From: Acidobacteriota bacterium
GTDB taxonomy: Bacteria > Acidobacteriota > Blastocatellia > Pyrinomonadales > Pyrinomonadaceae
DNA: 64,000 nucleotides
Direction: 5' to 3'
NCBI GenBank assembly: GCA_046733695.1
Contig: JBKPPU010000273.1
Coordinates: 2,085 to 66,084, forward strand
Under the pieces are notes generated by a model. The model was not told the origin of the DNA, did no database searches, and saw only the letters and a list, made by a program, of their open reading frames with translations. Position numbers and translations under genes: made by a program. This document shows, one piece after another, positions 43,698-54,190 of this stretch; within the stretch, counting starts at the first letter, position 1; each line of letters begins with the position of its first letter.

Positions 43698-46600
43698 CTA
43701 AAACTCCCAACGCAAACCGAACTGCATTACACGAGCAGTGCTTTGACTTGTCGTGATGCTGCCGAGCGTTGTTGAGCCAATGTCGATGTCAGGAATGCCA
43801 AAGACATTGTGGTTGAACAGATTGTACGCCTCAGCGCGAAGCTGTATGCGTTGACTCTCACTCCACGGCAAGCGGAAATTCTTCAGCAGAGCCGCATCAA
43901 CGTTCCAGTAAGGCTGCGATCGAAGAATGTTTCGACTGCCGGCATTGCCGTGACGCGGATACTGTCCAACACCCGTTCCAGTGTCGAGATTGTGAACCGC
44001 GTTCGGGTCCGCAAAGAACTGGATCTGGCCATTGGCCGTATCGTGAATCGAAGCGCGCAGAACACTCAGGTCTCCGGTGAGCATCGCGGGAACTCCGTTC
44101 GCTCCGTCGAAGATGAATGTTCTTGGCCACGAAGCGCTAGCCAAACTGAATGGCAATCCGCTACGTGCGGTCACGATGCCGGAAAGTTCCCAGCCACCGA
44201 TCACGCTGTTCACCCAGCCCGGCGCATCACCGCCAATCATGCGTCCACGACCGAAAGGCAGTTCCCAGATTCCGTTTACATTCAACAGGTGACGAATGTC
44301 GAAATCCGAATTTCCGCGGCAGACGCGAAGGTCGGTCGCATCGCAAATGAGACCACCGGCCGTCGTCGTGTTGGCAACGGTCGACTGGTTATCGATTGAG
44401 TGTGACCACGTGTAGTTCACGTCAAACTGGAAGCCCTTCGAGAACCGCTTACGCAAACTCAGCAACATGCCGTCGTAACTTGACGAGCCTTTGTTGGTGA
44501 CGAAAGCGTTGACGGCAAACTGCGAGCTGAGTCCAACGTTGGGACCAAGCAGACCATTGCGACGAAGAGCCTCGATGGTATCTGCGGTGTCGCCGATTGA
44601 CACTTCAAAGCCAGTGAAGTTACCCACTACCGACGTGCAGTTTGGACCAAGCCCGAGACCCGAGCAAGGCACGCCAAACCTACTGATCGATGCTGCGTTC
44701 ATCTGGTTTTCGAACCACGCGATGGGCGCGAAATTTCCAGTAACACCAGCATTGACCTGATCCTGAAGCTGGTTCAAAGCCTGGATCATGAACTGGCCGG
44801 ACGCGGCATCTTTGAAATCTACGATCTGAGCTGCGTCTGCGAGCGTGAATAGCTTTCTCGCCTGACGGCCCACATACGATGCTTCAAAGATAAAGCTGCC
44901 GGGCAATTCACGCTGGAAGCCAAACGTATACTGAATCGAGTACGGGATCTTGAAGTTGGGATCCACGGCATAATTCGTAGCTCGGTTCTGACTTCCAATT
45001 CCCACGCCGTTGCTGTTTACGTTTGGTGTGAAAGGAACCGTCACAGGAGGTGCGACGTTCTGAACGGGCACCGTATTGACGCTCGTGAACCGTGGGAAGT
45101 TCTGAAGCGCGAGTGCTCCATTCGTTGCGGGGAAATTGTTAGTTACGAACGCGTCCAGAATGTACGTGTTTTGATCCTGAAGGAACGTTATCGCACCACC
45201 GGGACGATCGTAGGTTACAGTGCCGCCGCCACGAATCACTGTCTTCCGGTCGCCGAACAGTTTGCCTAACAAACCACTCGTGACGGAAGGATTCCAGGCA
45301 AACGCCAAACGCGGCCCGAAGTTGTTGAGGTCAGTCGGATAAAAGTCGCGGGCATTGTTTCCCTTACCGCCGCGGTCGTATACGAGAAACGGTTCTGACG
45401 ACGGATTTGCGATGCCCGCAAGACCATTAGCGATGCGGGTCTGGAATAAAGTCTCAAAATCGAGATTCTGAATTGACTGGCGTCCTTGTGTTTCATACGG
45501 CGCGGGATAGATGTGCCAACGAACTCCGTATGTCAGGGAGAGATCGTTGCGAATCTTCCAATTATCCTGACCATAGAACTCGTATTCGACATAACGCCAA
45601 TCGCGAATCCTTCCTGTGTTCAATGGCAACGCGTTTCCAGCAGCGTCGTAATTGAATCTGGTACCCACCGTTGGGATCGTGCCCAACAGGAAAGTCAATG
45701 CAGAGTCATAATTATTACGCGCGGTCGTGCTGGAGAGCAGGGTGCCCGGACGAAGCGCATTCGCAGCGTTACTGGTTCCAAGGCTGGTCGGGAAACCGCC
45801 ACCGAGACCCACCACTGGAAAGTTGTAATCGCTCGTCAGAACCGTCTGCTGATTGATGGTCTTGAGAGAACCGCCAAATGAAAATCCGTGACTACCTTTG
45901 TTCCACGTCACGTCGTCGCGATAGGTCCAGACAGGAACGTCGCGAGCTTGAGTCCGGAAATCGGCAAAGGGCGCCGAAAGCGGTGTGAATGTGTACGACT
46001 GAGGCAGAGTCGGGTGGAAGAAATTTGGGAAACCCAAAACGGATTTGGTGATACCCACGGTTGCTGAGTTCACAAAATTCGGAGTCAGGGTCCAGTTGTG
46101 ACCGACAGCAACGGCCCAGTCGCCGGTAATAATCTGAGATGTTTCCGGATCGCCGGGGAACTGCGCCGCTACGGAGTTAACCGTGTCCGTTTGATTAGCG
46201 CTGATTTTGTTTGCTCTAACAAACAGTCTTTGCACGTTTGAGATATTGAAGTCGACGCGACCTGTGTAGGTGTTGTCGGCACGGTGCGAAGGCACATTGA
46301 ATCGAAAACCAGCGGTGTTGATGCCATCGCCGACTGAGAAATCGTTTGGCAGCGGATAGCGCTGGTTAACAAAATCCAAAAGCGCCTGGTTTGGTCCGAC
46401 ATGCAGCGGATCGAGTGCGGCCACTTGCTGCGGCGTCAAGATCGTGATGCACTGCGGATCACTTGCAAGCCGAGCTTGCGACGTGCAGCCTGGATTCCGA
46501 TTGACGAACGCGAGTCCGCCGTTGCGAAGATGTGGCAGCGGAACGATGCGCGTGTAACTCTGGCCCTGCGCATCGCGCCGAGCTTCATAATCGAAGAAGA

Positions 46601-47552
46601 AGAACATCCTGTCCTTCCCACTCCAGTAGCCTGGACCACCCTCACCAAAGTGCGGCAGGTAAACTGGTCCACCAATGCTGCCGCCAAACTGGTTACGCGT
46701 GAGCTGCGGTCTCTCCACTCCATTTTTGTTGTTGAAGAAACTATTCGCAGCGGTGGCTGCAGTGCGGTTGTACTCACGAAGCGAGCCGTGAAAGTCGTTC
46801 GTACCGCTCTTGGTGATGAGCTCGATCTGTCCACCACTGCTCCGACCTTCTGACGCGGCTGGATTCGCCGTTACTGTGCGAAATTCCTGAATCGCGTCGA
46901 TCGGTGCATTGCCGGTAGTCGCAAACGCCTGGCCCGTGGCCTGATCGTTCGCGTCGATTCCGTCAACGGTGATGTTGCCCTGGTCTGCACGCGAGCCGGT
47001 CACTGAGCCGACGCGATTGGTCGCTGCAGTTCCGACGTTATTACCGACAACACCGGGTTGAAGACCGATCAGCGAAGCCGGCGAGCTGCGAATTTGGATC
47101 GGAAGCTCCTTCAGACGTCGCTCGTCGATCACGTTACCGATGCTCGCATCAGTTGTATTCAATGTGGCGCCCGCTTCGGCGGTCACCACCACGTTTGCGG
47201 ATACCTGACCCGCCGTTAGTTGTGCGTTGTGAGTTTCGGTGTTTCCTACACCGAGTGCGATTCCTGACAGGTCCAGGCTTTCAAAGCCGGTAGCCGAGAA
47301 CTTGAGAATGTAACCCTGTCCCGGCGGCACCTGTGCAAACAAATATACGCCCCGATCGTTCGTGGTCGTCGTTCTTTCTTGAGAAGTTTTTGGGTCGACT
47401 AGTTTCACTGTCGCTCCTGCGATCACAGCGCCCTGAGCATCTGTTACCGTGCCCGTGACTGCTGAGGTCGAGGAGGTCGCCTGGGCGAAACATACGACTG
47501 GCAAAAGGAGTAAGAATACGCCGACGATCAGTGACGATGTTAATTTCGTCAT
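43698..47552 (-). CDS. TonB-dependent outer membrane receptor with N-terminal CarboxypepD_reg domain
   Basis: AGGAG-N7-ATG at 47552, signal peptide, GTVTDAQGAVIAGATVKLVD...TTNDRGVYLF, a plug-like region, a very long barrel, and a C-terminal ...FGLRWEF. Confidence 0.85.
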   Translation of the reverse strand: MTKLTSSLIVGVFLLLLPVVCFAQATSSTSAVTGTVTDAQGAVIAGATVKLVDPKTSQERTTTTNDRGVYLFAQVPPGQGYILKFSATGFESLDLSGIALGVGNTETHNAQLTAGQVSANVVVTAEAGATLNTTDASIGNVIDERRLKELPIQIRSSPASLIGLQPGVVGNNVGTAATNRVGSVTGSRADQGNITVDGIDANDQATGQAFATTGNAPIDAIQEFRTVTANPAASEGRSSGGQIELITKSGTNDFHGSLREYNRTAATAANSFFNNKNGVERPQLTRNQFGGSIGGPVYLPHFGEGGPGYWSGKDRMFFFFDYEARRDAQGQSYTRIVPLPHLRNGGLAFVNRNPGCTSQARLASDPQCITILTPQQVAALDPLHVGPNQALLDFVNQRYPLPNDFSVGDGINTAGFRFNVPSHRADNTYTGRVDFNISNVQRLFVRANKISANQTDTVNSVAAQFPGDPETSQIITGDWAVAVGHNWTLTPNFVNSATVGITKSVLGFPNFFHPTLPQSYTFTPLSAPFADFRTQARDVPVWTYRDDVTWNKGSHGFSFGGSLKTINQQTVLTSDYNFPVVGLGGGFPTSLGTSNAANALRPGTLLSSTTARNNYDSALTFLLGTIPTVGTRFNYDAAGNALPLNTGRIRDWRYVEYEFYGQDNWKIRNDLSLTYGVRWHIYPAPYETQGRQSIQNLDFETLFQTRIANGLAGIANPSSEPFLVYDRGGKGNNARDFYPTDLNNFGPRLAFAWNPSVTSGLLGKLFGDRKTVIRGGGTVTYDRPGGAITFLQDQNTYILDAFVTNNFPATNGALALQNFPRFTSVNTVPVQNVAPPVTVPFTPNVNSNGVGIGSQNRATNYAVDPNFKIPYSIQYTFGFQRELPGSFIFEASYVGRQARKLFTLADAAQIVDFKDAASGQFMIQALNQLQDQVNAGVTGNFAPIAWFENQMNAASISRFGVPCSGLGLGPNCTSVVGNFTGFEVSIGDTADTIEALRRNGLLGPNVGLSSQFAVNAFVTNKGSSSYDGMLLSLRKRFSKGFQFDVNYTWSHSIDNQSTVANTTTAGGLICDATDLRVCRGNSDFDIRHLLNVNGIWELPFGRGRMIGGDAPGWVNSVIGGWELSGIVTARSGLPFSLASASWPRTFIFDGANGVPAMLTGDLSVLRASIHDTANGQIQFFADPNAVHNLDTGTGVGQYPRHGNAGSRNILRSQPYWNVDAALLKNFRLPWSESQRIQLRAEAYNLFNHNVFGIPDIDIGSTTLGSITTSQSTARVMQFGLRWEF

Positions 47553-47942
47553 GTTTGTAAATCTCCTAATGTTGCGTCCTCTTAATGACAACGAATCGAC
47601 ACAAGTCGGGAGTGTGTGATTCGTTCAGTTGAATGATTGATGAAGCCACTGATTAAAGAGTTACTAGTCGGGAGTGAGGACGTCTGCCCTTACATCGATC
47701 TATTTTTTCGTATTAACCTCGGCTTCCTTTCTTGTCCGTTCAGTCGAGACTGATCAAGACGAAGTGGAAGGTGCAAAGAGTGTGCCCACTCCATGCTTTT
47801 GTAATTTCCAAACTCGAGGTTCGAGCGCGTGTTGAGAAATTCGGATTCTTTACGAGTTGATGAATTTGATTCACGCGTTAGTGCGAGCAACGCAAAAAAA
47901 TGAATGCATTGCTCTCTACGAAAGAATGTATAGTGCGAAGCA

Positions 47943-48770
47943 ATGAGTGACTTAGAAGAAGATGCTAAGAACAAAGCAGCTTCTACTTACAACGCTGCTT
48001 CTGATTACTACGATCATCCTGCCAACACATTTTGGTCACACTTCGGGCGACGAACTGTCACGAGATTAGGACTCGCAACAGGAGAACGTGTGCTTGATGT
48101 GTGTTGCGGAAGCGGCGCATCGGCGATTCCGGCTGCAGAGATTGTTGGTGCGAATGGCGCAGTCGCAGGTGTCGATCTGGCGGAGAACTTACTCGAGCTC
48201 GCACGCGCAAAAGCAAAACAACTCGGTCTCACGAACATTCGTTTCCAATCCGGAGATCTGATGCACCTGGCATTTGATAATGAGCGTTTCGATACGGTGG
48301 TGTGTGTCTTCGGAATATTCTTTGTGCCTGACATGGAAGCCGCGTTACGTGAGCTCCGGCGTGTCGTGCGGAGCGGAGGCCGGGTTGCAATCACGACGTG
48401 GGGACCGAGGTTTTTCGAACCGGCAAGCACTTTTTTCTGGGACTCGATTCGTGATGTCAGGCCCGATCTATATAAAGGCTTCAACCCGTGGGATCGTATT
48501 TCCGAAGTTGACGCTGTGCTCCGGCTGCTTGCCGGTGCGGGTTTGACGGAGACAGAAGCGGTTGCTGAATCTGACTCTCAGAGGGTCAATGAACCAGAAG
48601 ACTGGTGGGCCATGATTATGGGTTCAGGCTATCGCGGCACAGTCGAGCAACTCTCGCTTGAAGATCGCGAGCGTGTGCGCCGCGCAAACCTCGATTTCAT
48701 CGAGCGCACGTCGCTCCGCGCCCTCGAGGCCAACGTGATCTATGGCTCGGCGCTTCGAAGCCGCAAATAG
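47943..48770 (+). CDS. Class I SAM-dependent methyltransferase
   Basis: Motif I VLDVCCGSGASAIPAAE, then FDTVVCVFGIFFVPD and VRSGGRVAITTW. Confidence 0.85.
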   Translation: MSDLEEDAKNKAASTYNAASDYYDHPANTFWSHFGRRTVTRLGLATGERVLDVCCGSGASAIPAAEIVGANGAVAGVDLAENLLELARAKAKQLGLTNIRFQSGDLMHLAFDNERFDTVVCVFGIFFVPDMEAALRELRRVVRSGGRVAITTWGPRFFEPASTFFWDSIRDVRPDLYKGFNPWDRISEVDAVLRLLAGAGLTETEAVAESDSQRVNEPEDWWAMIMGSGYRGTVEQLSLEDRERVRRANLDFIERTSLRALEANVIYGSALRSRK

Positions 48771-48795
48771 GTCCTATTCGTCCTATAGGACCTAT
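48767..48795. repeat. Family B repeat
   Basis: ataggtcctattcgtcctataggacctat. It contains the palindrome gtcctataggac, also present at 17062-17090. Confidence 0.75.
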
Positions 48796-48940
48796 ATTAA
48801 TCGTCCGCCACTCGCCCGCAACCTTTTCCAATTCATCACGCATCCGACACCCGGCTATTCCCTGTCCTCTCCCGCTTGCAAAAGCACCAGAGTCTTGCTA
48901 AACCTCCGTATCGGAATGCCCCTTTGTCAGGAGAAGTATC

Positions 48941-49699
48941 ATGAAGAAAACATTTCACCTTCTGCTCTCCACATTATTGCTGGTTTCCCTATCAACTCCA
49001 CTGCTCGCCGACACGATTCGTCTCAAGGATGGAAGTGTGATTCGCGGTCAGGTGATCGGGTTTAAGGACCAGCAATTCACGATTTTGATTGGCGGGAGCG
49101 CGAGAGGAAGACGCGGGCAGACCACCGTCTATGTTGAGGACGTTGAATCGATCGAGTTTGACTCCAATTCCGGTAACACAAGCACCACGGACGACACTAG
49201 CAGCGCGCGCAACAATGTCCCCAATGTCCCTATGGCACGGCCATCAAATCCAAGTACAAAGCCCGACAGCAACCCGGTCGATCGGACAGTCGACACCGTG
49301 CCGGCGTCATCATCAACTCCGACCTTCTTTACGATCAAAGTAGGCGTGAGAGCTGACAACTCAAACAACGGCTGGACAAACAGCGGTCTCGTCGTGCGTA
49401 AAGGACAGCGGCTACGGATTAGCGCTTCGGGACGCGTTTCACTCGGCAAAGGACGCTTTTCAACGCCGGGTGGCTTGACGAGCATCCTCGATCAGGACAA
49501 GTTGATGCGCAACGAAGCGACGGGCGCCCTGATCGCCGTCATTGGCGACGACAACGACGACTTTATCCTGATCGGTCCACGCCGGGAGTTTGTCGCGCAG
49601 CGCGATGGAGTGCTGTTTCTGGGTGTCAACGAGGGCGATTTGACGGATAATACCGGAAGTTACGATATCGTAATCGAGGCGGAGGCCAGCGGCCGCTAG
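48941..49699 (+). CDS. Secreted hypothetical protein with low-complexity linker and C-terminal beta-rich domain
   Basis: Signal peptide MKKTFHLLLSTLLLVSLSTPLLA, an S/T/N/P-rich linker, and a C-terminal ~130-aa domain (GWTNSGLVVRKGQRLRISASGRVSLG...). Confidence 0.55.
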   Translation: MKKTFHLLLSTLLLVSLSTPLLADTIRLKDGSVIRGQVIGFKDQQFTILIGGSARGRRGQTTVYVEDVESIEFDSNSGNTSTTDDTSSARNNVPNVPMARPSNPSTKPDSNPVDRTVDTVPASSSTPTFFTIKVGVRADNSNNGWTNSGLVVRKGQRLRISASGRVSLGKGRFSTPGGLTSILDQDKLMRNEATGALIAVIGDDNDDFILIGPRREFVAQRDGVLFLGVNEGDLTDNTGSYDIVIEAEASGR

Positions 49700-49740
49700 C
49701 TGGTAAACTCAGGCTAACGCCCGCGCATCAGACGCTGAGT

Positions 49741-49824
49741 ATTGCCAATTTCCGATTGCCAATTGCCGATTTGCTGGGTGGACCAGGATTTGAAATCGGC
49801 AATTGAAAATTGGCAATCGGCAAT
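49741..49824. repeat. Family E repeat: imperfect hairpin made of attgcc(a/g)att units
   Basis: attgccaatttccgattgccaattgccgattt ... aaatcggcaattgaaaattggcaatcggcaat. It lies upstream of the VWA gene. Confidence 0.75.
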
Positions 49825-49866
49825 AAGCGTCCTTCCTCGCTTTATGACCTTCGGGAGTCGAAATTT

Positions 49867-51102
49867 ATGAGATCTACACGTACTTATCGATTGTTTGCTG
49901 TTGCGCTCTCGTTAATGCTGCTCGGCGCAAGTGTTAATACCGGGTGGTCGCAGTCCAGACGCCAGCCGCCGACCTCCAACGAAAAGAAGAACAAACGGCC
50001 CGACGAAACGAAGAAACCAGACGATCCGAGCCAGGAGCCTCTTCCCAAGGATATCGAGCCACCAAACAAGGCTCAGGATCTCGAAAAGGTCAGTATCTCG
50101 ACTCAGATCGTCAACGTCGATGCGGTTGTCTATCACAAGAAGAGCGGCCAGATCGTCGCCGATCTTAAAAAGGCAAATTTCGCCCTCTTCGCCGACGGCG
50201 TTCAGCAGACGATTACGAACTTCTCCACACCGGAAGCGCCAATCACGGTCGCGATGGTGGTTGAATACAGCAAGTGGTCGGAGCTCTTCGGACTTTACGG
50301 AAGCGGAGGTTATGAGCCTGGAGTTTACGAAGTGATTCGACCCACGGCTATGTTTCTCTCACAGTTCATCCACCCCCCCGATGATTATGTTTCCGTAGTG
50401 GCGTTTGATATTCGACCGACTCCTTTAACTGACTTCACAAACGATCCAGCTCGCTTGAACGCAGTGATTACTCTGTTGCTGAGGAACACGCCGGCGTTTC
50501 GCGAGACGAACTTGTTCGACGCGTTGAAGTTTGTGCTCGTTGGTGGCCGAGGCGATTCGGTCGTGCTGGAAGACTCGAAGTCTGAGAAATCAGATTACTC
50601 CGGTCTCGTTTCGGTTCAGGGACGACGACGCGCAGTGATCCTCGTCGCCTCCGGTATCGATACCTTCAGCAAGATCAACTACGGCGACGCGCGCAAGGTG
50701 CTCCAGAACTCGGGCGTTCCGGTTTACATCATCGGCACCGCAAACCTGTTCAAGAAAAAATACGGCGATTCGTTGCCGGCAACAGACTCGCTCGGCGGAA
50801 TGCCGGGCAGAATGAGCTGGCTACAGGCTGACAACACGTTGCAGACGTTTGCGAAGGAAACTGGCGGTGCCTATTTTCCGGTAACGTTTGAAGGTGAGCT
50901 GCCGAAAGTGCTGGCAAACATTAACAACCTGTTACGCGCTCAGTACAGTCTGGCTTTCAATCCAGGCGACGTGCGCGACGGCAAACAGCACAAGCTGCAG
51001 GTAAGAGTGGATATCGACGGCGATGGCACCTACGACGACAAGGAATACGTGATCCAGGCCCGGCAGTACTACAACTCACCCAAGCCTGACGGAAAGAAAT
51101 AA
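49867..51102 (+). CDS. VWFA-related (acidobacterial-type) secreted VWA domain protein
   Basis: GGGAG-N9-ATG, signal peptide, ISTQIVNVDAVVYHKKSGQIVADLKKANFALFADGVQQTITNF (typical opening of the VWFA-related family), then a VWA-like fold. Confidence 0.7.
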   Translation: MRSTRTYRLFAVALSLMLLGASVNTGWSQSRRQPPTSNEKKNKRPDETKKPDDPSQEPLPKDIEPPNKAQDLEKVSISTQIVNVDAVVYHKKSGQIVADLKKANFALFADGVQQTITNFSTPEAPITVAMVVEYSKWSELFGLYGSGGYEPGVYEVIRPTAMFLSQFIHPPDDYVSVVAFDIRPTPLTDFTNDPARLNAVITLLLRNTPAFRETNLFDALKFVLVGGRGDSVVLEDSKSEKSDYSGLVSVQGRRRAVILVASGIDTFSKINYGDARKVLQNSGVPVYIIGTANLFKKKYGDSLPATDSLGGMPGRMSWLQADNTLQTFAKETGGAYFPVTFEGELPKVLANINNLLRAQYSLAFNPGDVRDGKQHKLQVRVDIDGDGTYDDKEYVIQARQYYNSPKPDGKK

Positions 51103-51104
51103 TA

Positions 51105-51130
51105 TTTAGCCGCGGATTTACGCGGCTAAA
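51105..51130. terminator. Hairpin between convergent genes (tttagccgcg / gattta / cgcggctaaa)
   Basis: 10-bp perfect stem. It shares the 12-mer ggatttacgcgg with 61878-61889. Confidence 0.6.
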
Positions 51131-52424
51131 AACTTCCGTAAATCCTCAACCGAAACTCATCATTAAAGGAAACGATCTCGGCCTTTCGGTTTGCAAATCG
51201 CTTCGCCTCCCGCAAGAGCGCCGGTAATCCCTGTAGATTGAGTTTCAGGCCATACGCCGGATTGGTTAATACCGACTGCAACCGCGGGTTCAAACGCTCC
51301 GGCATTCCATACCGAATCGCCTTTTGAGCCACGGGCGAGAACCCAACACTCCGACGTGAATTCACAAACTCGAGCGAGTGATCGAAAACGTGCAGCCTGC
51401 TCGGCAGATCCCGGAGCGCGAGATCTCTGTGCGCAAGCATGTTTGTAATCGCCTCTGCAACCACGGCACGGTGATAACTCGAACGCGCTTGCACCGGCGA
51501 TTCTTCTGAAAAACTCTTCGGCCGTACTTCCGCGAGATCGCAGTAGCGACGCAGAAAGCTCGTGAGCCCTTCGTAAAGCGTGAGCAGATTGCCGGCTAAC
51601 TTCACGCGTTCAATGATCGGCGACTGCAAAGAGTCGCCTGAAAACCGTGTCGCCGTGACCGCAGCGCGCGGCTGCAATTCCGCTACACGCTCATCACGAC
51701 CAAATAAAAGTAAACCCGCAACTGTCGGAACAATCTCGTGCCCGTCGTTTGTCGCCAACAAAAGATCTCGCTCGAGCACTTCCGGAGTCGGATAACCAAC
51801 GACGGTCGCTTCTTCAAATGCACCGCCTTCAAACTCGCGCAGGTAGCTCCACAAATGTGCCTCGTCGATGTCGTCGATCGTGGCGCCGAGTGCGGGAACG
51901 TCTTCGTAACGTAGCGGTCGAGATTCCTCCAGGAGTGTTGAGATCTCTTCGCGCGAGGCTTCACGCTTCTCTGCTCCTATGCGCAGGTAAAAACGTCCAT
52001 CGCGTGTTCGATAGGGGCGTCTCTTGCTCTCGATATCAAGTGCGACTATGCGGCGGCCGTTGTCGAGTGCGATGCGATCGATGAAGGGAACGAGTGGCGG
52101 CTGGACTTCTTCACGACAGATGCGCACGAGGTCGTCCTGAACTCTTTCCGGATCGTCAACGCCTTCAACACGCAATTGGTCGTTAACTCCAAAAACAATC
52201 ACGCCGCCGCCGGTATTGGCGAGGGCGACGATTTCCTGCGCGATCTTTTCCGTGTTGGAGAGTTTTACCTTGAGTTCGAGAAACGTGTCTTCGCCGCCGC
52301 GGATGAGACGCAGTAGCTCAGTTCTGGATGTTTGCGGTGCAGGGGTCGAAAGGATGTATTCCTGAAAGGAACGCTCCGTGTTTGGTTCGTGCCGCTGGTT
52401 GCTGCGAAATCTTCTACGAGCCAT
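51126..52424 (-). CDS. AlbA_2 (Schlafen-like 'divergent AAA') + HATPase_c_4-like putative DNA-binding/ATP-binding protein
   Basis: RGGEDTFLELKVKLS...IAQEIVALANTGGGVIVFGV is the AlbA_2 signature. The C-terminal half (EAITNMLAHRDL...) resembles the associated ATPase-like/wHTH region. The start was set at ATG 52424. Confidence 0.6.
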   Translation of the reverse strand: MARRRFRSNQRHEPNTERSFQEYILSTPAPQTSRTELLRLIRGGEDTFLELKVKLSNTEKIAQEIVALANTGGGVIVFGVNDQLRVEGVDDPERVQDDLVRICREEVQPPLVPFIDRIALDNGRRIVALDIESKRRPYRTRDGRFYLRIGAEKREASREEISTLLEESRPLRYEDVPALGATIDDIDEAHLWSYLREFEGGAFEEATVVGYPTPEVLERDLLLATNDGHEIVPTVAGLLLFGRDERVAELQPRAAVTATRFSGDSLQSPIIERVKLAGNLLTLYEGLTSFLRRYCDLAEVRPKSFSEESPVQARSSYHRAVVAEAITNMLAHRDLALRDLPSRLHVFDHSLEFVNSRRSVGFSPVAQKAIRYGMPERLNPRLQSVLTNPAYGLKLNLQGLPALLREAKRFANRKAEIVSFNDEFRLRIYGSF

Positions 52425-52460
52425 TTGTGTATTGACGGGCTGCGGTAGTTTAGCAAAAAC

Positions 52461-52506
52461 CATCCACAGATTACACAGAGAGAGCTATCTGTGTAATCTG
52501 TGGATG
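52461..52506. repeat. Family A repeat: 19-bp perfect inverted repeat
   Basis: catccacagattacacaga / gagagcta / tctgtgtaatctgtggatg. Confidence 0.85.
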
Positions 52507-52510
52507 GGTT

Positions 52511-54187
52511 TTATTCGTCCGCCGGTTCGCGAACAGCATCGAGTATCTCGATCTCGCGTCTGGCCAGCATTTTTCCCTGCCGGTTGAGCGCCATCGAGTA
52601 GAAACTCACTGCAAACATTGCGAACGCTACGAGCGCCATGTATTCATTGCTCAGACTACTGGTCGAATAGCCGATCAGAGTAGCGGCTACCGGCGGAAGC
52701 ATCAGCAACCCAACCTGAGGAATAAGAAAGAGTCCCGCGACACCCGACACATTCAAACGCTTTCCATACTTCATGCGCTTCGGAAAACGAATTGAGAGCC
52801 AGTTGCCAATCATCGAACTAATCGATGCAAAGATAATGAACGTTAACGAGAGGAACAGCAGGTTGCCCGGTGTGGTATCTCGAAAGATGGCGACGTTGAG
52901 AATCAATAGCGCTGAAGCAAATACGAGGGCGATGAACGTGACCACGAGATTTTTTCCCAGAAGAACCTTGCGTCTATCGATGGGCGAAAGTATCAAAGTA
53001 CGCATTCCGCCTTCCTCGAAAGCAAACAGGTTCGACGACATTCCTGCCAGGATCAGAAAGACGTAGACCAACCCGCCGATCAGAAGTAAACCTGAACCAT
53101 AGGTCAAAAAGCCGTTGGAAACACCTGGCCGCACCGTGCCAAACCTTTGCCGGTTCACCATGCGAATGAGGATTATTATCAACGGCATCAACGCCATCAT
53201 TCTCACTTGCGCATTTCGCAACGCGTAGCGGAGTTCTTTTTCAATTATCGCGGAGAGATCACTTGGCAAGAACGGCACTTGCCAGCCTGAGTAACCTTTG
53301 TTGCCGCTAATTGGCGCCGCAGTCTTTTGCTTTTGCCGTCGTTCAAGACCGAGCGCCGCACGACGTGCGATCCAGTAAGTTGCGAGGAGCAGCGCAATCG
53401 CGTAAGCACTGAGTGTTACAAAAGCGACGGCGTAAGGAAGCGGATCGTTTGCGACGTCAGCCATCAAAAGAAACGCCGCTGCTCCCGGCGGAGTCCAACG
53501 CAACGAGCGGAAAGATTCCGCGTGCTTGAAAAGTAATGGCGCAACCTGACTTATCGCAGCTGTTCCGAGACCCGCAATGGCGCCAATCAGAGCAATGATG
53601 GTTTCGCCGCGCGAACGTTTGCGTCGAAGTATCGAACCGATAGTTGTTGAAAGCCATTTCGACAACGCGACACCAAAGAGCACTCCAGGAACGGCAGCGA
53701 TCAGCGAGGTCGAAAGATTGCCTGAACCTAGTCCTGAACCGATGCACATCGCCAGCACAGCCGGTACAAGGAAGACCGAGTGCAACGTCGTGAATTCACT
53801 AATGAAGTCGACTACGAAGAGTTTGCGGAGCGTGATCGGATACATCAGCAGTTTGCCGGCGTCAAACTGCTTGCTGCCGCCGAGACTCAATGGGACGGTG
53901 GCCCACATCAGATAAATGATTCCGAAAATGGAAAAGAAGATGAACTCGGTTGAGGCGCCGGCCGGAAGATCGCGCGCGGCGGTACGTTGTAATGCGCTGC
54001 CCAGTCCTCCAGGTTGAGCAAGCGAGTACGCGACAAATCCGAGAATCAATGCAAACATGGCAGCAAAGATAAACGCCAAAAGCATTCCCAGAATCGACGC
54101 CACCTTGCTTACGATTGCTTTGGACGAGCGAAGCGAGTTGCGCAACAATCGCCACTTGAGCCAGATTAAGGTGAGAAGTTGAGACAT
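52511..54187 (-). CDS. Large polytopic membrane protein (putative ABC-2-like permease), unknown function
   Basis: Strongly hydrophobic ORF. The start was moved to ATG 54187 (MSQLLTLIWLKW...) to avoid overlap with folK. Confidence 0.5.
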   Translation of the reverse strand: MSQLLTLIWLKWRLLRNSLRSSKAIVSKVASILGMLLAFIFAAMFALILGFVAYSLAQPGGLGSALQRTAARDLPAGASTEFIFFSIFGIIYLMWATVPLSLGGSKQFDAGKLLMYPITLRKLFVVDFISEFTTLHSVFLVPAVLAMCIGSGLGSGNLSTSLIAAVPGVLFGVALSKWLSTTIGSILRRKRSRGETIIALIGAIAGLGTAAISQVAPLLFKHAESFRSLRWTPPGAAAFLLMADVANDPLPYAVAFVTLSAYAIALLLATYWIARRAALGLERRQKQKTAAPISGNKGYSGWQVPFLPSDLSAIIEKELRYALRNAQVRMMALMPLIIILIRMVNRQRFGTVRPGVSNGFLTYGSGLLLIGGLVYVFLILAGMSSNLFAFEEGGMRTLILSPIDRRKVLLGKNLVVTFIALVFASALLILNVAIFRDTTPGNLLFLSLTFIIFASISSMIGNWLSIRFPKRMKYGKRLNVSGVAGLFLIPQVGLLMLPPVAATLIGYSTSSLSNEYMALVAFAMFAVSFYSMALNRQGKMLARREIEILDAVREPADE

Positions 54188-54190
54188 TGA

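Noticed and set aside
47553-47942. Possible cobalamin or other riboswitch in the ~390-nt AT-rich region upstream of the TonB-dependent receptor, and the 94-aa ORF at 47690-47974.
   Set aside because: No B12-box-like or other riboswitch consensus could be recognised by eye. The 94-aa ORF has no RBS or motif and overlaps the start of the methyltransferase gene. It remains unannotated non-coding DNA.
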